From contig OX597835.1 in the NCBI GenBank assembly GCA_951406725.2, positions 44,454,001-44,518,000 of the forward strand: a DNA stretch of 64,000 nt. The letters are read 5' to 3'. Made by a program: the position numbers and the translations under genes. The notes below the pieces were generated by a model that was not told the DNA's origin, searched no databases, and saw only the letters and a program-made list of their open reading frames with translations. The DNA is from Octopus vulgaris. Taxonomy: Eukaryota. Below, piece after piece: positions 55,986 through 64,000 of this stretch (position 1 is the stretch's first letter; every line of letters begins with the position of its first letter).

Positions 55986-56647
55986 CATCATCACCAACAT
56001 CATCATTATCATGAGAGTAACAGAAATAATGGTTATACTGTGGTGATGATGATGATGATGATGATGCTGATAATAAAAATGTTAGGAATATAGATGACGA
56101 CGACGACTACCGTTGCAAAGACGAATAGCTGCTCCTCTTATTGTTCTCCCCACCTCCTCCTCGACCTTATCACAGCCATCATAATCATCATCATCATCAT
56201 TATCGCCATCATTTTAATCATGATAATCAAACTCAATCTCGGAATATTTTAAAATTAGCAGAATTAAAAAAAAAATAGAACGCGCGAGAGAGGGAGAGGG
56301 ACAGAGAGAGAATGGAATGGAGAGGGAAAGTGAGAAGGAGAGAGAGGCAGGGAGAAAGAGAGAGAGAGAGAAAGAGCAACAGTATCAACGCAACACCTTG
56401 CAGTTATAATATTTCTAATCAAGTTTTCCACGCTAATTGAAAAGCTAGTTTTCATTTGTTTGTTATGTAATATATTTCACACAACGAACACAAAAAAAAA
56501 TATAAAAAATCCAGACAAAAAGTTTGTTGTAATTATAACCATTTCTACACACAGAGACACACATTACCGTAATACATTGTATATACACACACAGACGCAC
56601 ACGCACAATATAATATAATATAATATAATATAATATAATATAATATG

Positions 56648-56705
<58 letters not shown>

Positions 56706-59700
56706 GTATGTATGTATGTATATATGTATATATGTACAATTTGTCATATAATTTCTTGTTAGTACATAGATATACACAGGCAAACGTTCATATACACACA
56801 TACAATCAAAGACACGTACACGCATATATATTAGTTTAAAAAAAAACATCTTTTGCTTCTCTTTATTTATTCATAATATTTCTCTTATATGTTTATATTA
56901 TTTAGTAAATAATGTGATAACATTTTCGTGATTTCTATATTTATACTTTACAACAGCACATACACACACACACAAACATACACAGACACACACGCACAGA
57001 GTTGCATATATTAATTTCTATCAAATAATAATTTATTAATTTTAATAATATTCTGTTATATCAGTTGTAATCATTCGTTGTTTGTGTTACGTAAAAGTAT
57101 TTTTATTGCTATCATAATGCGTTATTATATAATATGTAATTATTCATCCTATAATATCTGTTGTGCTGTTATTAATATTTAGCCCAAGGCCAACTATGAT
57201 CGCATATATATCAATGTACTAATATGATCCAGTTATGAGTCACCATTTTGCTCTTTTCTTTTAAAATTATCAGGAATTATACTTCTAGACTATATGCACA
57301 ACGCAATCTCCCATCACTTATCTCTCATGATTGTAACGTACGACAAAGAACGATTGAACTATTTGACTGCTATTTCTAGGTTTTTCTACAAATAGCAGAC
57401 AGAATCCTTCAGGCAGGTATTCGTCTATGTATCTATGCTCATCTTTTGGTTCTGAGCTGAAACTATAACGTAGCCCAGTTTGTCTTTAATCCTTCTAGAG
57501 TCAGATAAAATAACGTACCTGTTATGAATTGGGGTTGATGCGTAATCATCTCTCTCACCCCCCATCTTTCACAGTTTACTCTCTGTCTTTACCTGTCCAT
57601 CTCCCTATTTTTCTCTCTTTTTTCTCTCTTTCGTTCTTTCACTCTTTCTCTTTTTCTCTACTTCATTCTCTCTCTCTCTCTCTGTCTCTCTCTTCGAAAT
57701 GTTGTGCCCTTGTGCAAATATTCGAATCGGTTTTCTAATTGCTAATAACTGGATGTAGATATAACTCTGGTCGTAGAGCCAATCACAAAGCCCTTTGTGT
57801 GTCTGCTTGTGTGCGTTTGTATTTTGTGGCTAAGTCGGAGGAGATAGGGAATCATTCGTTGTGAAGAATGAAGTCCCTGTTTCGATCCGCCTTCACTGTA
57901 TCTTGTGCAAGTGCCATTTACCATAGCGATAACCTTGCTTTGACCCAAGCCTTTTAAGCGAAATCAGGCAGACAGAAATTCCTTGGAAGTTTGGAGAATG
58001 GATTGCTTCTGTCATTCAAAGGACCATTCTTCTCACATACTCTGTCACGATACTTCTGCCTGAGGAGTACGTTAATAATATGTATGCCTGCAGAATACTC
58101 AGCCACTTCGCATGTTCACTTTCTGAATAGGTGGATTAGGTGATCGGGTTAATCAATAATCATCGTGGAAAGTGACAAAGATTCCTTTCCTCTTTCCCGT
58201 CGGGGTAGGAATCGCAACGGTTACTGCTATTTCACATGGGCTCATGGAGCAGTGAGTTTTAATGGAGTGACAAGTCATAACTCGTCCGGTAATCTTAGAT
58301 CTTGGTGTGAATATTTAGAGAAATGTGTAGTCCTCTACAGGCACACAAGACCCAAGGGCTGGAGTTGAATACAGCAACGGACTGAGTGTTTTCTTCCAAA
58401 GAAAACCATTTAAATGAGAATCATAACCGTCAGCTCTCTGCACAATTTCCTGCCAAATATGTTTCAGTGACGAAACCTGGCTGAATCTAAAGTTACGATT
58501 CATAACATTGCACGGAGTTTAAGGCGGCGAACTGGCAGAAACGTTAGCACGCCGGGCGCTATGCTTGTCGGTGTTTTGTCTGTCTTTACGCTCTGAGTTC
58601 AAATTCCGCCGTAGTCGACTTTGCTTTTCATCTTTTTGTGGTCGACATATTAAGTACCAGTTCCAACTGGTCCCCTTCCCTAAAATTTCGGCCTTTGTGC
58701 CTAGAGTAGAAAAGAATATTTCACGGAGTTTAAGGCGGCAAGCTGACAGAATCGTTAGTACGCCGGTAAAAAAAAAATATTTAGTCGTATTTATTCTGCC
58801 TTTACTTTCTGAGTTCAAATTCCACTGAAGTCGACTTTGTCTTTCATCTTTTCGATGAAATAATTATCCGTTGTGCACGATGATCGACATAATCGACTTA
58901 ATCCCCCCCCCCCCCGCAAATATAATCCAAGCCTTGTGCCTAGTAGAAAAGATTACTTACATACCTTAAAGGCGGTAAATTCGCAAGAGAAAGAACATTT
59001 AGATAACATACGTGTTTATTTACTGCATTGCATCTGCGCAGCGATTTCTGTCGCCGAAAAGCGTACATAATGTAGCTGTTTGTTTCAAGCCAATTCATTA
59101 CTTCTTCACAAATCTTTATAATGTCTACTATTTTTCTCAGTCATTGGGCTGCGGCCATGCTACAGCACTGCCTTGAATTATTTAGTCAATGAAATTGACT
59201 TCAGTACTTTACTATTTAAAACTCTATTACTCACTGTATCGGACTCTTTCGCGGAAACGCTAAGTTACGGAGACGTCAAGAAACAGTGGTTACCAAGGGT
59301 AGTGGAAACAAACGCAAAGATACGCACACACATTTACATACATGCTCGTGTATCTGCGATGAGCTAATCCAGCCAAAATCGAACCCACAGATTAACGCTA
59401 ACCTGGCTCCTTCCGCATCCCATTGGGCCAAACGCTCACCCATCAATATCAGTCAAATTTAGTTAAGATACACTTAAATTGTCTTATATTGTATATGATC
59501 GTTACATAGTAGCTTTCTCTCCGTGACTTACAAAGCCTTCCGCGTTTGTTTGCAAATATTATTCAGATAAACAGCAAGCGAGTTGACACATCCAAGTGGC
59601 AGGTGAATGTTACAACTAGTCTAACCCCAGGCAGATTCTCCACCAGCTGGTTTTTAATGCAACGTTGTGCTTCCTTTATATACAATATACCGCTAGCAGG

Positions 59701-59852
59701 GGGCGGGGAGCGAACACTTATTAATCTTCATCAGCTGACAGGATCACGGGACTGGCACAGTTTAGAGTTAGTTGGCTCCTCTTCAGCCGCGTGCACCTGC
59801 GCAATGGAGTGATAGCTAAAATCCGCCTCTGCCAGCAATATATTGTAAACAA

Positions 59853-60028
59853 AATAAGCTGCCGGACGAGATAGTGAAGATGCCGACGACCGCTCGGTTC
59901 AAAGTCTCTCTTGACCAGAAATGGCCTGAACTCTTTGCATGAATACCCTCCCTGTACATAACTCCATGTCCCCCTACATGGCCTTGCTTTTTGGTTTTTG
60001 AGCCAAAAAAATTAACTTAACTTAACTA
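59853..60028 (+). mobile_element. CR1 3' end, near-identical to 8343-8520
   Basis: aataagctgcc.gacgagatagtgaagatgccgacg...gagccaaaaaa(a)ttaact. Confidence 0.9.
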
Positions 60029-60267
60029 AAGTGACCGTCGGTCAGTGATTTACAACAAGCAAAGTAGCCAGTTATAAAATCTCAAGACGAGATATTGTAG
60101 TAACGTATAGTAAACAGGAAGCGATGTATTGTAAAGGATGTGGAACATTGCATCGAAACGCAGCTGGTGGAGAACCTGCCTAGGGTTAAACAGGTAGTAA
60201 TCTTCACCGGCCACTTGAATGTGGCAACTCGCTTTCTGTTTAGAATACGTTACTACTCTATATAGAG

Positions 60268-60300
<33 letters not shown>

Positions 60301-61476
60301 ATTTTAATCCAAACGGGAAACAAAAAAAACAACAACAATGGAACAATTACAGTATTATTATTAATAGGCGCTCAGGAAATGGAATATATATATATATATA
60401 TACATGTAGGCATGTATGTGTCTGTGTGTGTGTGTATATGTCTGTGCACGCACCTGCATGTATGCGTGTACGCATGCGCGATACCTTTACATTTCTAGTC
60501 TGTTTACGTATATAATGAAACTTTGAAAGCCGCGATGGTATTTTATGATTTGAATGGGATTCGGCTGCTATTTTTAGCGAGTCGATCAACCAGAAGCAAA
60601 TATTCTCTTTGGCTCCATGTTACCTTGTAATATCTTGTTCGTTGTTTGTTTTGGATGTTTTTATTTTCCGTTTTTTCAATTTTATTTTTACATAATATAA
60701 TATTTTTAAATTAACATTTTACGGTTTCTCATAATATTTTCTCAATTATTACAAGATTTTTGTCATATTTACTTTTTTTTGTTATTGCAATTTTATTTAT
60801 TTACTAAAATTTGTTATCTGATATAATAATGTGTTTCTTTTAAATATATTTCAGGAAAAAAAAATATTTTAATGACGATTGTGATGATAATGATGATAAA
60901 GATGAAGACGATAATGATAATGAAGCTGATGATGATGATGATAGTGATGATGATGCTAAGGATGATGATGATGATGATGATAGCTGTGATGATGATGATG
61001 ATAATGATAATGATAGCGGTGATGATGATCATGATGATGATGATGATGATGACGATTCCACACACTGTCGTTTTCGTATTTATACGGCTGTCAAGATATT
61101 CTATCAGATGATATGCAGTTAAAGACAATCTTTTATTGTTATTTTATCATTCCACATTTTTTTTTGTGTGGTTTCTTTACATTTGTAAATTGATATTTTT
61201 TTCTCTCTCTGTTTTCTTAATATACATCTGAATTCTTTCTTGCATTCCCCATGAGTGCACGTCCGGCTGCGTGGTTAGCACTTTCCCATGGCAACCATGA
61301 GATTCACGATGCTATCTTCGTGTGCCACAATTTGATGGGGAATATCTACCGTAGCAGCGTCAAGGTAACCAATAACCTGGATTCTGAGAGGTGTTTGGCA
61401 AAGAACATAACCGTATTTTGCGTAAAAGCTGCATCGTGAGAGAAATACCCTGAGTTTGGAATTGCAATTCTAAGAC

Positions 61477-62071
61477 AGGTGTACTCAACCGGTATTTTTT
61501 TTTTACCAATGGACCTCTTTGATTGCTATTTCATTCTTGTAGACATCCACAGCAAGTCGCTGTTTAAAATTCCTATTTTGTTTTCCCCATTAACTTGTGT
61601 AGGTAGAAAAATGTAAAATATTTGAGAAAGAAACCCAGCTGTTTCTTGCAATACATACCAATAAATACATCTAAAGTAGGGGCTGTCAACTATTTTTTAT
61701 ATATGGACCCCTTTGATTACAATTTTATTCTGGTGCCCCCCCTTAAAATCTAGTTTTATATATATTTTATATATATTTTATATATATTTTATATATGTGC
61801 TTAAAATCTAGTTATATATATATTTTTTCAAAATTCCTACTTTGCTTCTCACATGAATTCGTGTAGGTAGAATTATGTAAAATGTTAGAGAAAGAAACCC
61901 AGCTGTTTCTTGTAATACGTACCAATATACACATCTTTTAATTTTCTTTAGGGGCCCTTAAAATACTATTGAGGATACTCAATATATTAATGTGTTGCGC
62001 GGACCTACCCAAAGGCTTATATGGAACCCCACCTTCCGGGTGCCATATTGGACCTCGGTTGAAAACCACTG
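61477..62071. mobile_element. hAT-like non-autonomous element with tandem partial duplication
   Basis: Left ends are caggtgtactcaacc and taggggctgtcaact, with shared atggacc.ctttgatt and gagaaagaaacccagctgtttcttg. The right end is ggttgaaaaccactg. Confidence 0.6.
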
Positions 62072-62308
62072 TTCTAAGGTAAAAACAAAACAAAACAAAA
62101 AATACAATAAAACTCACTAAAGCACCACTTATGCGATAGGTCTGTTCCATCGACTCGGCAGCCTATTATGAAGCTAAATTTACGCGCAAACCAGCGGAGT
62201 AGAGTTGCTTGTCGTTGAGCGAAATCAGTTATGGTCACTTACCATATGGTTTGATGCTCTTCAATGTTACGGCTTTTCGATTCACAACTAGCATCGCGGA
62301 AGGCGAGT

Positions 62309-62466
62309 ATACGAGGGGGATCGTGGAAAATTCCTGGCTTTGGATAAAATAAAATACAGGAGGATCAGTTAATTATGAGTTTATTCAACATATTCCCCTC
62401 TCAGATTCACACAATCATTGCAACAGTCCTTCAGTTTTCTTAAGTCCTGTAAAAGAACTCGGAAGA
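62309..62466 (-). mobile_element. mariner 3' end with TIR
   Basis: Terminus ta|cgagggg. The minus strand encodes CVNLRGEYVE*. Confidence 0.75.
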
Positions 62467-64000
62467 TTGTGTCTTCACTCATCCCTTTGGCGATAACCTT
62501 AAATCCAGGGACTTTTCCGCACCGTCGTATATTTTCAAGGGATTATTTACCTTACAAAATAGAAATTAATATGCGCCATCCTCGTTGCTTGATGTATTTA
62601 TGCACATGCATATGTATGTATATTGGTATGCCCTTTCTAAACTCTTTAGGAGAAAATACAACTGTGTTTTAAGAGGTTCTCTTCTCAACCACTTGATTTA
62701 GGGTTGGCCCCACTGCATGCCATCTTGGATAAGAATCTTCTGCAATACACCGCGCCAATCAAAGTCTTGCATGTGCACTTGCTAGAAGGAGACCGAGAAA
62801 AGTTGGTAATATATGCCAAAAATTTGTTTTTTTTTTATGTCTTTAGCCTCCTCCTCTTCAGCGACAAATGATTTTTATTTTGAGAGGGGAATATTTTTAG
62901 AAGTGATCATTTAAAAAGAACGAAAAATTCTTGATTAAACTTTAGAATTCTTCATCGTAATCATCATCATTATTATTAATCATTGTTGGTTAATTATGAC
63001 GAGGGTTCCCGTTGATACGCTCAATGGAACCACCTGATCGTAAAATTAATGTGAAAGTGGCTGAGAACTCCACAAACTTGCGTACGCTCAATGTAGTTAT
63101 CAATGAGATTCAATGTAACACACAATGTACCAAGGCTGACCTTTTATCAGGTACAATTCATTTTTGTTAGGTGAGTGGAATGGAAGAAGGTGAAATAAAG
63201 TGTCTTGTCCAAGGACACAACCTACCGCAAGCAATCACGCCTACGACCGTCCGATCATGGGCCGCAAATTCTAACCCCTAAACCACGTGCCTTCGCAATA
63301 TATATACTTAAATCTTCAACATAAAAGTCTGATGGAATACGTATCAGGTTTAAAATACATAAATTGCACGAAATCGGCTTTGTTCCACAAAACTCTTCAA
63401 GGGTTGCCTCGGCATGGCCTCACTCCAATAACTAAAACAAGTAATATATAAACATATCGGTGCTATTAGGCAAAAGGGTCGTAAGTCGAAGGCGTTGGTT
63501 TTAAAGAAAACGAGAAAGCAGTTTCGCTGTTCCATTTCTTTTCACATCAGCAACAGTTTTAACTTAACAATAATACTTTGCTGGAAGGCGGCGACATGGC
63601 AGAACCGTTAGCCAGCCGGACGCAATGCTTAGCAGTATGTCGTCTGTTTTTTACGTTCTGAATTCGAATTTCGCCTAGGTCGACGTTTCCTTTCGGGGGT
63701 CGATAAATTAATCGACTGGCCCCCTCCACAAAAAATTCGGGCCTTGTGCCTGGTGAAGAAAGGAATATTTTCAGTCAGAAATATTTTTGCAAAACTTTCG
63801 TATCTGGGACTTACTACACGTTTAAAAACTGCTAAATCGTTGTACTACACTTTGACAATTGTTCATATCTTGGCATCCGAAGCAGCTGGAGATACAATAG
63901 TTTGGCCAAAAGAACCGGCAAAAGAACAAGCAAAATTCTATATATTGAAAATTATATATATTAGCCAGATTTGGACAGTTTAACATAATAGCAACGATAT

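Overview
This is an AT-rich eukaryotic window with no recognisable host gene. It is almost certainly intergenic or intronic DNA from a coleoid cephalopod (Octopus-like), inferred from the tRNA-derived OK/OR/Nin-type SINEs and the dense (TA)n, (CA)n, (ATT)n and (CAT)n microsatellites. Nearly all ORFs in the track are microsatellite artefacts. The real coding relics are all transposon-derived: four Penelope-like elements (two Neptune-like, two Naiad-like GIY-YIG), CR1, RTE, Tx1/L1-like and R4/Dong-like LINE fragments, mariner and Tc1 transposase relics, hAT ends and a non-autonomous Helitron. Two hidden layers stand out. (1) There are a dozen or more sequence-distinct type I hammerhead ribozyme motifs, many with palindromic stem III. 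Many sit in short non-coding units inserted in (TA)n with long or interlocked inverted repeats, which suggests Penelope-dependent, retrozyme-like elements. (2) There are patchwork insertions inside microsatellites that copy nearby unique sequence, often inverted. All structures were read by eye and need computational confirmation.
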